Shown: positions 17,404 to 27,034 of the stretch, piece after piece
Layout: the number at the start of each line of letters is the position of its first letter
Numbering within the stretch: position 1 is the stretch's first letter
Source of the DNA: Hyalangium minutum
GTDB taxonomy: Bacteria > Myxococcota > Myxococcia > Myxococcales > Myxococcaceae
Direction of reading: 5' to 3'
Length of the DNA: 64,000 bases
Assembly (NCBI RefSeq): GCF_000737315.1
Contig: NZ_JMCB01000013.1
Span: forward strand, 372,001-436,000
Translations under genes and position numbers: made by a program
The notes under the pieces: model-generated
Databases searched by the model: none
What the model saw: only the letters and a program-made list of their open reading frames with translations
Told to the model about the DNA's origin: nothing

Positions 17404-20400
17404 CTACGGAGAACAGCTCAGGTCCGCATGGACCGTCTGCGGGGACTCGCCGAGCGTGCAGTCCGTCGAGCCGTTGTTCATCGTGCACCCCCAGGTTCCC
17501 GCGAGCGCCTTCGAGACATCCCCCCAGTAGTAGCCGTCCGAGGGATCGTCATCGCGCAGCGTGGGGTGCTGCTCCAGGTGGAGGAACCGGTTGGAGAGCT
17601 GGTTCGTGCCCGTCGTGCAGACGTTCAGGGTCGTGTCGTTGGTGTACCGCCCCTGGACGTTGTTGGCCGCGCACAGCCCCGACGGTGGATCGCCGTTGGT
17701 CTCCTGGCATGAGGCGACTGCGCTCGGATTGGGGACCTGCGCATCCAGCAGGTTCGCGAAGGTGACGGACACCGAGGTGCTCTCGACATCCCTCGTGGTC
17801 GAGTCACTGACCTCTGCAATGTCCGTGAGCGAGCCCGTCATGCCATGCAACTGGACGAACCGTGTTCCCGTCTCGAGATCGGTGAACTTCTTGTGGAGCA
17901 GGTGGAGCGTGTTCTGCTCGTGGTGCGCCACATCCGACTCGCGATAGCCCTCGAGCGTGGAGCCTGTGCAGACCGACGTCTGGCCCGAGCAGGTCGAGTA
18001 GTCGGGATCCGAGCACCGGTGCTCCTTGTTGATGATCAGCGCCCGCGCGGCCAGCGAGCGGAAGAGCCGGGCTCCCTGGGCGCCGGTGTTGGTCTCGTAC
18101 CCTTCATGCGGGACCTCCAGAATGATGTTCCGCTTGGCGTAGGGATTGATGAAGAAGTACGCCTGACCAAAGGAAGTCGTGTCATAGCCATAGACGAACC
18201 ACCGCCCCGTGCCCTGGTCATAGAACCGCTGCACGGCGTAGCCCGCGGCGGTGGCCTTGTCCTTCACATCGCACCAGTCTCCCGTGCTCGGATTGGCGAC
18301 CGTCTGGTTGATCGCCGTCAGCAGCGCGTCCACGAAGGCGTTGAAGTCCGTGGTTCGCCCGCTGCTCACCTTGCCGTAGCCACCGGCCTTGGGATGGGAG
18401 AGCCGCTGGACGAACGAGAGCAGATCATCCTCGGTCTTCGCCAGATACCGGAAGTTGCCCGAGTCCCAGTTCTCGTCCGCGACGTCCGTCGTCACGTACT
18501 TCGCCAGGAAGAGATCCTTTCCGCCCACGCTCGTCTTGCCCGGGAGCGCCCCGCGGGTGCCGCCAGCCACGTAGACCACTGACGTCCCGCTCGCGGCCGC
18601 GCCTCGGGCGACCTCGTCGTCCGTGGAGCCCAGGTGCTTGATCCACTCCCGAGTGCCGCTCGACGTATAGCGTGCCAGGTAGGTGTCATAGCCGCCGACG
18701 TACTCCCTGTAGAGAGGGCCGCGGTTCGTGCCGGTGATGTAGACATTGCCGCTCGAATCGCCCGCCACACCGTAGGCCCACTCGTCCGCGGCCGAGCCCA
18801 GCTGCCGGGACCAGGAGAGCGTGCCGGAGGTGGTCCACTTGGCCGCGAACGCGTCGACCCCTCCCTGGTGGGTAAAGGCGAGGCTGCCCTGCGTCGAGCC
18901 GCCCATGGCAATGCTGGAGCCCGCCATCGCGAGCGCCCACGCGATGTCATCCGCGGGGGTTCCCCACTGCTTGACCCAGGACAGGGTGCCGCTCGAGTCG
19001 TACTTCGCGAGGAAGACATCCTTGGCGCCGGCCGCGGTCTGGCCGCTGAACGTGCCACTCGTGAAGCCAGCCAGGTACACGTTTCCGCTCGAGTCCACGG
19101 TGGCCGCATAAGCGACGTCATCCGCGGCCGTCCCGAGCTGCCGGACCCAGAGCTGCGTGCCGGAGGCGTTGTACTTCGCCACGAACGCATCGCGCATGCC
19201 CGCGTTGGTCCCGGTGAGCGCTCCGTACGTGTAGCCCACGGCGAAGTAATTCGTCCCGTCGGAGGCAACGGCATACACGCCGTCCTCTTCGGCGGTCCCG
19301 ATCATCTGGATCCACTGACGCGTTCCACTCGAGTCGTAGCGCGAGAGGAAGCCGTCATAGGTTCCACCGTAATAGGTCGAGTACAGCGCGTTGTCCGTCA
19401 GGCCGCCGATGGCTGGCGCCCCGGATGAGTCGACGGCGACGCCGTAGGCGTGCTCCTCGCCCGCGTTGCCGAGCTGCCGGCCCCAATCGCTCGTGCCCGT
19501 CGAGCTGTACTTCCGCAGGACGGCGTCCTTGCCTCCCTGATTGGTGAAATCCATGCTGCCCGTGCTGTACCCAGCCACGAAGACGTTGCCCGAGCCATCC
19601 ACCGCGGTGGCGTAGCCGTACTCGTCCACGGTGGTCCCCACCTGCAGGAGCCAATCGGTGTCGTCGACCGGAGGATCCGTGGGGGGAGGGCCTTCGCCAT
19701 TGCCAGGATCCTCCGCAGAGCACTTCTCGATCCCACCCTTGTCGGGAGCAGAGCCACACGCGGTCAGCCCGGTGCTGCTCAGGGCTGTGTCGATGGCAGG
19801 GGATCCGTCGCTGAGCCGGTAGTCATCTCCCGCCGCGTTCATGAACTTGGGATCGGCGATGGAGCTATTCGTCTCGAAGGTGCCTCCCTCGTTGCAGGAG
19901 GAGGCCCGCCAGTTGGTGAGTCCCGTGACGATGGAGTCGTTGCAACTGAAGTGGTTCTGCGAGCCGTCTGTGTGGAAGAAGAGGTTGTAGTCGAGCTCCA
20001 CACCGCTCATGTAGGCGCTCTCCAGGTGCACCCACTCCGCGTTCGCCTTCGAGGTGAGGACGATGTTGTTCCAGAAGTCGACGTCGCTCGTGGTCTTCCC
20101 GGAATTCCAATGAGTGGTCTTCAGGGCGCCGACGTCGGTGGCGAACGTGTTGTTATAGATATCCATGCCGCCGGTGTTGCCCATTCCCAGGACATTGACG
20201 CTGATGCCGTAGCCATTGGAGGTGTCGGCATCACAGCCATTGGCGCCCTTGTAGATGTCCCGGAAGACATTGCGGCGGATGAGGATGTTGCCCACCGTCT
20301 CGGTGGTCCAGTTCTCATTGCCAATGGAAATGCCCTCGCAGGCATCCGAGATCTCGGAGTCCTCGAGGAGCAGCTTCTGGGCCTGGATGTGGAAGACCAT

Positions 20401-21486
20401 GACGCTGCCTCCCGAACTGTTGCCCGTGGAGGAGGGCACTGCGTGGTACGTGTGGTACTTCTCCCGGCGCATCGTGATCTGTGCACAGTCTTTGATGTCG
20501 ATGGCGTTCTCGGTGTAGCCGAGGTTATCAGGCGACGTGTACATCTCGTTGCCCTCGAAGGTGATGTCCACGGGGCTGGAGCCCGGGGTGTAGCCCTGCG
20601 CGGGTCCGGAGCACTGGCTCCCATCTCCGCTCACGTCGTGGACTTTGTTCTCCTTCACCAGGATGCGCGCCGCGTTGGAGACGATGTCGATGCCATGCCC
20701 GTCTTGCCGGGTCCGGCACGTTCCCACTCCCGAGAAGTCACGGGAGCACACCTCACCGTCGTCGCAACTGGCGTTCGTGGTGCAGCTCGCGGAGCCGCTT
20801 CCCGAAGCCTCCCACACGTCACGAATCTCATTCTTGTAGAGATAGATGTCTTGGCCGTCGACCAGCACCGCGTCGCGTCCCTGGTCGCGCACGAGGTTGT
20901 TCCGGAAGGTGAGGTGATTGCTGCTCAGCTTGACGGCGTTCTGGAAGCGCCCTTTGCCGTCGAACTCGAGCCCGTCGAAGATCCAATAAGGCCGGGTCGC
21001 CCTGATGATGGGGTCTATCGAGCCATCGGAGTTAGGCGGCTTGCCGACGAGGACCGGGCGCGCCTCACCGGGAGCATTCCGGAGGGTGATGGGCTCGTCG
21101 GCATCGCCATCATCGTAGGCTGAGGAGTTGAGGTTCAGATACACGTCGGGGTAGGTGCCCGCATGAACGTACAGCGTCTGGCCTTTCGTGAGCTGCTGGG
21201 CAGCGTATTCAATGGTCTTCCATGGACTTCCGAGGGAGCCGTCGCCGCTGGTGTTGCTTCCGGTCGTCGCGACATGCTTCACCTTGTCGCTGGGAGCCGT
21301 GTACGAGGCATATGCGTTTGCTGACGCGATCTGCGCGGCCGTCCGTGTGTCTCCGGCCGTCACGGATACGTCCACCGCGCCAAGCGCGAGGGTGCCGGTT
21401 CCGAGAAGGAGCAGGACCGCGGCCCTTCGAAGTCCCACTGCGAGGGGTTGGGGTGTGTGTGCCTGGGATGGGGCGAGCCACTTCAA
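17404..21486 (-). CDS. 1360-aa secreted modular protein: right-handed beta-helix + SBBP beta-propeller + C-terminal putative Zn-hydrolase domain
   Basis: Signal peptide; pectin-lyase-like N/G-rich beta-helix repeats and SPAID..G motif; about seven DxAYxxAxDxSGNVYxxG repeats; C-terminal EVPH...HR...DVAH...QLHG. Confidence 0.8.
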   Translation of the reverse strand: MKWLAPSQAHTPQPLAVGLRRAAVLLLLGTGTLALGAVDVSVTAGDTRTAAQIASANAYASYTAPSDKVKHVATTGSNTSGDGSLGSPWKTIEYAAQQLTKGQTLYVHAGTYPDVYLNLNSSAYDDGDADEPITLRNAPGEARPVLVGKPPNSDGSIDPIIRATRPYWIFDGLEFDGKGRFQNAVKLSSNHLTFRNNLVRDQGRDAVLVDGQDIYLYKNEIRDVWEASGSGSASCTTNASCDDGEVCSRDFSGVGTCRTRQDGHGIDIVSNAARILVKENKVHDVSGDGSQCSGPAQGYTPGSSPVDITFEGNEMYTSPDNLGYTENAIDIKDCAQITMRREKYHTYHAVPSSTGNSSGGSVMVFHIQAQKLLLEDSEISDACEGISIGNENWTTETVGNILIRRNVFRDIYKGANGCDADTSNGYGISVNVLGMGNTGGMDIYNNTFATDVGALKTTHWNSGKTTSDVDFWNNIVLTSKANAEWVHLESAYMSGVELDYNLFFHTDGSQNHFSCNDSIVTGLTNWRASSCNEGGTFETNSSIADPKFMNAAGDDYRLSDGSPAIDTALSSTGLTACGSAPDKGGIEKCSAEDPGNGEGPPPTDPPVDDTDWLLQVGTTVDEYGYATAVDGSGNVFVAGYSTGSMDFTNQGGKDAVLRKYSSTGTSDWGRQLGNAGEEHAYGVAVDSSGAPAIGGLTDNALYSTYYGGTYDGFLSRYDSSGTRQWIQMIGTAEEDGVYAVASDGTNYFAVGYTYGALTGTNAGMRDAFVAKYNASGTQLWVRQLGTAADDVAYAATVDSSGNVYLAGFTSGTFSGQTAAGAKDVFLAKYDSSGTLSWVKQWGTPADDIAWALAMAGSSIAMGGSTQGSLAFTHQGGVDAFAAKWTTSGTLSWSRQLGSAADEWAYGVAGDSSGNVYITGTNRGPLYREYVGGYDTYLARYTSSGTREWIKHLGSTDDEVARGAAASGTSVVYVAGGTRGALPGKTSVGGKDLFLAKYVTTDVADENWDSGNFRYLAKTEDDLLSFVQRLSHPKAGGYGKVSSGRTTDFNAFVDALLTAINQTVANPSTGDWCDVKDKATAAGYAVQRFYDQGTGRWFVYGYDTTSFGQAYFFINPYAKRNIILEVPHEGYETNTGAQGARLFRSLAARALIINKEHRCSDPDYSTCSGQTSVCTGSTLEGYRESDVAHHEQNTLHLLHKKFTDLETGTRFVQLHGMTGSLTDIAEVSDSTTRDVESTSVSVTFANLLDAQVPNPSAVASCQETNGDPPSGLCAANNVQGRYTNDTTLNVCTTGTNQLSNRFLHLEQHPTLRDDDPSDGYYWGDVSKALAGTWGCTMNNGSTDCTLGESPQTVHADLSCSP

Positions 21487-21699
21487 TGTGAGAACCTCCG
21501 TCGAGCGCCGCGGGAGAGGGCTGGCGGCATGCGGAGATCAGCCACAGGCCTTGGCCGACGAGCAGGACAAACCTCGGGCCGACGCTGATAGCTTTCACGC
21601 TTCAACAGCAGCGCCCCAGGTCGGTTCAGAAACGCACGCTCAATGTGTTGTCTGGGCGCCGTACTGAAGGGCACTGCACTGGTGGTTCTAGGACAGCCA

Positions 21700-21725
21700 G
21701 TATGGCCTTACATCCAAGGCCATAC
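21700..21725 (-). terminator. Hairpin just after the 21730-23697 gene
   Basis: GTATGGCCTT-acatcc-AAGGCCATAC 10-bp perfect stem. Confidence 0.55.
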
Positions 21726-21729
21726 CTCA

Positions 21730-23697
21730 CTACGCGCTGGCCACCTTGCGCGTGGTGAGCTCCTTGGTCACCAGCGCCAGGTCCTTATCCAGGTGAGGCA
21801 TCTCCAGCAGGAGGGCGTCCGGATCGAACTGGAAGTCGGCCTGCTTGAGCTTGAGCAGGGCCTGCATGGCCGCCTCGCCGGACTGGCCGGCATAGGACGC
21901 GTACACCACCTTGCCGTGCTCCAGGTGCAGGTATCCCTCGAGCGAGTGGTGCCGCAGGTGCAGCCGGCCCGACTTCTTCCCCGCCGCCAAGGTCTTCAGC
22001 AGCTCCAACTGGGGCAGCTCGTCGTAGCTGCCGTGCACCACGCGCGCGGGCCCGTTGTGCAGGATGCGGTCGTCATAGAGCTCCTTGACCCGCTTGGCCG
22101 CCGCTTCCGTGTCCGAGGAAGACTCCACCGCCGAGGCCCCCACCATCAACATCCGGTCCCGGGCCGACGCGTCCGGCTCCCCGAGCACCAGAATGGGCAG
22201 GCCACCGCACTCCGGGATGCCCCGGGCGCCCTGCAGCACCGCCATCACGTCCGCGATGCCGAAGCGCAGGCTCACCACCAGCACGTCGCACTCGCGCTGC
22301 ACCAGCGCGTCCAGGGCTCCCTCCAGCGTCGAGAACGCATGCACCACCAGCCCCATCCGGAGCACCGACTCCAGCATGTCCGTGCGCATCGCCTCGTCCG
22401 ACTCGGCGATCAGCACCTGACGCCCGTCCTGGACGATGCGGTGGCGCAGCAGCTCGCCGCTCTGTACCTGCCCGACGATGTCCGCCACCACCGGATCGTA
22501 GAGCACCCCCGCGTTCTTCTGGAGGTGGTCCAGCGCCTGCGCCTTGGGGAACAGCTTGCCGTGCCCGTTGGCCGGGTTCTTCGTCAGATCGAGGAAGCTG
22601 TCCACCGCCGCCAGGATCCGCGCGCCCAGCGCGATCTCCTCGCCCTTGGTGCCCAGCGGCACTCCCGTGCCGTCATAGGCTTCGTAGAGCTGCGAGAGGA
22701 TGGTGTTCACCGCCGCCGGCAGGTGCGCGGGCTCGAACAGCTTCACCGGCGTTCGTGCCAGGCGCTTGGCCTCCGTCTTCCAGTCGTCGTTCGCGGCGTT
22801 GCTGGCCAGCGTGTGGTGGCGCTCGGAGGACTTGCCCAGGTCGTGCAGGTATGCGGCGATGGCCAGCGAGGCCAGCTCCCGAGGCGCCAGGCCCATGCGC
22901 TTCCCGACGATCGTCGCCTGCCGAGCCAGCTGCGCCGAGTGCCCCCGGTGGTGCTGCCGCTCCTGCTCCAGCAGCCCCACGAGGATCGTCAGCGTCTCGA
23001 TGTAGTCGCTCTCGGACACCGCCGCCCGCGAGGCGCCCATCACCTCGCGCATCTGCGTGTTCAGCCGCAGTGACTGCGTGCCTGGAGCCCTCGTCCGCAG
23101 GCTGGAATCCGTGTCCATGCGGAGCTGGAGGTTCGGCACATTCCGCGGCCCGGTGCCGGTGGCGTCGTACGCGTTGGCCATCGTGGCCGCGTCCGTTCGG
23201 GCGATCTGCGGGTGGTTGTTGCCCGACTCCAGCGCCGAGAACGCCGTGGGATCGCCGTAGTAGTGCTTCTTGATGGCCGCCGCGATGGCGCTGCGCAGGC
23301 CCACGTAGGCGTAGACCTCGGACACGCCCGTCACCAGGGCGATCTCGTCCAGCAACGCCTTGTTCTGGGGCTCGGCCGCGACGACGGACAGCAGCTTGCG
23401 CTCGGGATCGTACGCCAGCGGCAGCACCGTCTGGGCCTCGGCCAGACGCACCGGGAGCTTGTCCATCACTTCCGGGGGCAGCTTCGCCTTGGCCAGCTTC
23501 TCCGCCGAGACGAAGCGGGTGTTGAACTCGGCGGCCAGAAAGCGCAGCAGCGCGGCTTCCTGGAGCAGGCCCAGCTCCACCAGACAGTCTCCCAGCTTGT
23601 AGCCGGTGAGCCGCTGGTGCTCCAGGGCCTTCTCCACGGACTCGGCCGTCACGAGGCCGGCCTCGATCAGGCGTTCTCCGAGCCGACGCTTCGACAT
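21730..23697 (-). CDS. MshEN/GspE-N + HD-GYP-like + receiver-like + DUF4388 signalling protein
   Basis: RLGERLIEAGLV...Q...KLGDCLVELG; YLHDLGK; EAYDGTGVP; ARILAAVDSF; C-terminal GKKSGRLHL..EGYLHLEHGKVVYA. Confidence 0.85.
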   Translation of the reverse strand: MSKRRLGERLIEAGLVTAESVEKALEHQRLTGYKLGDCLVELGLLQEAALLRFLAAEFNTRFVSAEKLAKAKLPPEVMDKLPVRLAEAQTVLPLAYDPERKLLSVVAAEPQNKALLDEIALVTGVSEVYAYVGLRSAIAAAIKKHYYGDPTAFSALESGNNHPQIARTDAATMANAYDATGTGPRNVPNLQLRMDTDSSLRTRAPGTQSLRLNTQMREVMGASRAAVSESDYIETLTILVGLLEQERQHHRGHSAQLARQATIVGKRMGLAPRELASLAIAAYLHDLGKSSERHHTLASNAANDDWKTEAKRLARTPVKLFEPAHLPAAVNTILSQLYEAYDGTGVPLGTKGEEIALGARILAAVDSFLDLTKNPANGHGKLFPKAQALDHLQKNAGVLYDPVVADIVGQVQSGELLRHRIVQDGRQVLIAESDEAMRTDMLESVLRMGLVVHAFSTLEGALDALVQRECDVLVVSLRFGIADVMAVLQGARGIPECGGLPILVLGEPDASARDRMLMVGASAVESSSDTEAAAKRVKELYDDRILHNGPARVVHGSYDELPQLELLKTLAAGKKSGRLHLRHHSLEGYLHLEHGKVVYASYAGQSGEAAMQALLKLKQADFQFDPDALLLEMPHLDKDLALVTKELTTRKVASA

Positions 23698-23700
23698 GAC

Positions 23701-25302
23701 TCAGCCTTCCGTGTTGCCTTCACCCTCGGGCTTCGAGGGCGCGTCGCTCTTGGGGGACTCCGAGTTGGGGACCAGTGAGGTGAGTGCGCTGAAGGGCTTG
23801 AAGGTCAGCTCCGAGGGCAAGGTGCTCGGGTCCCGAGGCGGACGCGCCGGGCGCTCCTCGCGGGGCGGACGCTCCTCCCGAGGCGGGCGGTCCTCCCGAG
23901 GCGGGCGGTCCTCCCGAGGCGGACGGCCCTCGCGCGGCGGACGGTCCTCGCGGGGAGGACGCTCGCGCTTCGGCCGATCCTCCCGAGGCGGACGCTCCTT
24001 GCGAGGGGCGGCCGGGGGCGCGCCCTCGGTGGTGGCGCCAGCGGCCTGCTCACCTTGGGGTGCGCCACCCTTCTCCTTGTTCTTGCGGCGCTCTTCGCGC
24101 GACTTGCGGCGCGTCTCCACGGGGGACTTGCCCCGGGCGGTGGGCGCGGCGCCCTTCCAGAGCTGGCGATCGTAGAGCTTGAGGTTCTCCGTCCAGCGAT
24201 CGTTCGGATCGCGCGCCATGGCCTCCAGCCACGAGGCGATCCGCGAGTCGAGCGCGTCCAGCGAGTGGACGATGAGCGCCTCGAGGGTCATGGGCAGCTT
24301 GGGCGAGCCGTGCTCCAGCCTTCCGTGGTGCGCGAGCACCAGGTGGGTGAGGTGGTGCTCGAGCGCCGGCGGGAAGCCCGGGATGGCCAGGGTCTTCTCG
24401 CGGATCTTTTGCGCGGTCATCACCAGGTGGCCGACGAGCTTGCCCTCGTCGGTGTAATCGAACCCCTTCTCCGGGGAGATCTCCGCCACCTTCATCACGT
24501 CATGGAGCAGGGCGCCCGCCAGCAGCAGGTCCCGATCCGCCATGGGGTAGTGGTCCGCCACCCGCAGCGTCAGCCGCAGCACCGACAGCAGGTGCTCGGC
24601 CAGCCCGCCCCTGTAGGCGTGGTGGATGCCCTTGGCTGCGGGAGCGATGGGCAGGCCCGCGGCGATCTGCGGGTCGTCGAGGAACGCCAGCAGGAGCTGC
24701 TTCACGTGAGGGTCGCTCACGCGCTCGGCGATGATCTCGCGGATGAGACCGGCGGCCCGGGCTCCCGCGCCATCGTCCCGGCCGGAGCGCGGCGCCGGCT
24801 CCTCGCGCTTCTCGGAGGCCTGCGGAGGCTTGTCCTGGCCGCCCTTGTCCTGGGCCTTCTCCGGAGCTTCCTCCGGGCCCTTGTCTTGGGCTTTCTCGGC
24901 GGGGGCCTCCTCGGCGGGAGGGGCGGGGGGCGGCTCGTACTCCTGGAGGTCCAGAGGGCCGGGATCCAGGCGATCGAGGCTCTCGACTACGACCTGCAGC
25001 TTGCCGTGGAAGTTGATCACGTGGCCCTGGACCAGGACGTGGTCGCCCGCGTTGAAGGTGGGGTCCAGGGCGTCCACCTTGTCGAAGATGCGGGCATCCA
25101 CCTCGCCGCTCTTGTCAGCGAGCGAGAGCGCCAGGAACACCTTGCCACTGCGGGCCGTCACCTTGTTCTTCTGGGTAACGCGGAAGACGGTGTTGACGCG
25201 GTCCTTCTCCCGCAAGTCCTTTGCGTAGACCTTGCGAACGGTCTCGACGGAGCCACCCTCGGTGGCGGGCGCTGGGGTCTCAGCCGGGTTGTCAGTCGTC
25301 AT
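23701..25302 (-). CDS. YhaM-like 3'-5' exoribonuclease (OB fold + HD domain) with repetitive charged C-tail
   Basis: LADKSGEVDARIF OB fold; PAAKGIHHAYRGGLAEH, LLHDVMK, AHHG, EALIVHSLDALDS. Confidence 0.88.
   Translation of the reverse strand: MTTDNPAETPAPATEGGSVETVRKVYAKDLREKDRVNTVFRVTQKNKVTARSGKVFLALSLADKSGEVDARIFDKVDALDPTFNAGDHVLVQGHVINFHGKLQVVVESLDRLDPGPLDLQEYEPPPAPPAEEAPAEKAQDKGPEEAPEKAQDKGGQDKPPQASEKREEPAPRSGRDDGAGARAAGLIREIIAERVSDPHVKQLLLAFLDDPQIAAGLPIAPAAKGIHHAYRGGLAEHLLSVLRLTLRVADHYPMADRDLLLAGALLHDVMKVAEISPEKGFDYTDEGKLVGHLVMTAQKIREKTLAIPGFPPALEHHLTHLVLAHHGRLEHGSPKLPMTLEALIVHSLDALDSRIASWLEAMARDPNDRWTENLKLYDRQLWKGAAPTARGKSPVETRRKSREERRKNKEKGGAPQGEQAAGATTEGAPPAAPRKERPPREDRPKRERPPREDRPPREGRPPREDRPPREDRPPREERPPREERPARPPRDPSTLPSELTFKPFSALTSLVPNSESPKSDAPSKPEGEGNTEG
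23830..24005 (-). repeat. 18-bp coding tandem repeat, PPRE(D/E/G)R hexapeptide about 8 times
   Basis: Translation KERPPREDRPKRERPPREDRPPREGRPPREDRPPREDRPPREERPPREERP. Confidence 0.95.
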
Positions 25303-25348
25303 CGTGAGCCGACACTAACACCCCGGAGCGCCCGGGGCGCGATTGTGT

Positions 25349-26488
25349 TCAATTCACTTCGAGTGCCACCGCGTCCAGGTAGTCCGCCCCTGGGGTATTC
25401 ACCGGGGAGGGGTGGTCTGGAGGCAGTCCGAGCCGGGCCAGCCGGAAGGCCACCCGCTGCTCCCGCTCACAGGCCTCGGCCACCAGCTCCTCGAAGGACC
25501 CTACGGGGAGTGGAGGGTGGTACCCCGTCAGCAGCAGCCGCCCCCCGTGACGGGTCCGTTGGATCGCCCGACGCACATGCTCGATGAAGTCCTCCGGCGA
25601 CCCCGCGTCCCGGGTGTCCAGCAGCACCAGGTCAAAGGTGTCCGTCACCGCCTTCAGCACGTCCAGCGCCTTGCCCGACTCCACCTTCACCCGCCCGAAC
25701 AGGCCGTTGGCCTCGGCGTTCTCCCGGGCCAGGTCCGCCGCGTCCGCATCCGCGTCAAAGGCGAGGATCTGCTTGGCCCCATGGAGTCCCGCGTGGATGA
25801 ACAGGCCGCCCACGTTGCAGCACGGGTCCAGCACCCGCGCCTCGCGAGACAGGCGGGAGAGGAACTTGCGCACCTCGCGCTGGTCGTAGTGGTAGCCCGT
25901 GTTCAGCCCGTAGGTGAGGTCTACCGTGAAGCGGGCTCCCAACTCCAGCAGACGGCACCAGCGCGGCGGATTGCCGTACAGCACGTGGGGCCTCTGTGGC
26001 GCCAGCCCCAGGGCTTTTCTCCGGGCCGAGTCGTTGCGCAGCAGCACCGAGCCCGCCCCCGCCACTTCCACGATGGCGCGGGTGATCTCCTCAATGCGAG
26101 CATCCATGGGCCGGGTGAGGGTCTGGACGACGAAGTGAGTCTCGTAACGGTCGACGATCAGGCCGGGCAAGCCATCGCCGTCGTCGTTGACCAACCGGCA
26201 GAAGCGCGGGTCATCCACAAGGCGGGCGCGGCGCTCCAGGGCGTGGCGGATGTGGCGGGGGATGAGGCCCTCGACGGCCTCTTCCGGGAGGCCCAGGCGG
26301 CGCACCGGGAAGGAGGCCTCCAGGTCCACGTCGCCCAGCCCCAGCACCTGTCCGTCCTCGTCCCGGAGCTGTACCGGCTCGCCCACCACGGGCGTGCCAT
26401 CCATGGAGAGGATGTCCTCCCTGCGCAGCCAGAAGGCGCCATGCCGGAGCTTCCGAGCCGCTTCTCGGGACAGATAGGTGTTGAGCAC
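25349..26488 (-). CDS. RlmI/YccW-like PUA + class I methyltransferase-fold protein with degenerate catalytic motifs
   Basis: PUA-like N-terminus, RLVNDDGDGLPGLIVDRY, GLNTGYHYDQREVR; DTR in place of DPP and LLLTGY in place of the T(F/C)SCS motif. Confidence 0.8.
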   Translation of the reverse strand: MLNTYLSREAARKLRHGAFWLRREDILSMDGTPVVGEPVQLRDEDGQVLGLGDVDLEASFPVRRLGLPEEAVEGLIPRHIRHALERRARLVDDPRFCRLVNDDGDGLPGLIVDRYETHFVVQTLTRPMDARIEEITRAIVEVAGAGSVLLRNDSARRKALGLAPQRPHVLYGNPPRWCRLLELGARFTVDLTYGLNTGYHYDQREVRKFLSRLSREARVLDPCCNVGGLFIHAGLHGAKQILAFDADADAADLARENAEANGLFGRVKVESGKALDVLKAVTDTFDLVLLDTRDAGSPEDFIEHVRRAIQRTRHGGRLLLTGYHPPLPVGSFEELVAEACEREQRVAFRLARLGLPPDHPSPVNTPGADYLDAVALEVN

Positions 26489-26617
26489 GAGGTGTCCTCC
26501 CTTTCTCCGCGAGCCGCGGACCCGGGCCCGTAGGCCCTCCCGGGAAGAACATGTGTGCTCTGGGCGACGGTTGTCGGCAGGCGCCGCGCCGCCGGGCTGC
26601 AGAGCAGGCGAGGAGGC

Positions 26618-26974
26618 TCAGCGCCGCCGGTTGAAGGCCTTGTACGTCACCCGTCCCGCCAGCGAGGACGCGGCCAGCGCGGGAGCCAGCGCCCACAGGC
26701 CATAGCCCATGCGCATGAGGATCAGCGCGAGCAGCCCCGCAGCGGCCGCGATGAGGATGCCCAGCACCTGCGCGTTCTTATGGGCCCAGGACTGAACGCC
26801 GGTGCCACGGGCCCGCGCCAGGGTGGGGATCGTGGCGGCCTTGCGCCAGAGGGTGCCGCCCTCCTCGAGCACCTCGTCCTCCGGGTCCACGAGCCCCGCC
26901 ACATAGGCCTGCTCCACGTGCAGGATGCTCTCGTACTCCAGCTCCCCCTCGGGGGTGCGTACGCGGTAACGCAT
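26618..26974 (-). CDS. Small membrane protein with GYF_2 (DUF4339)-like N-terminus
   Basis: GLVDPEDEVLEEGGTLWRKAATIPTL followed by two hydrophobic helices. Confidence 0.6.
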   Translation of the reverse strand: MRYRVRTPEGELEYESILHVEQAYVAGLVDPEDEVLEEGGTLWRKAATIPTLARARGTGVQSWAHKNAQVLGILIAAAAGLLALILMRMGYGLWALAPALAASSLAGRVTYKAFNRRR

Positions 26975-27034
26975 GGGCTCCTCACTCCTGGGGAGCTCCC
27001 TGGCGACTCGCCAGGCAGGCTCCCAGGCCAGCTC

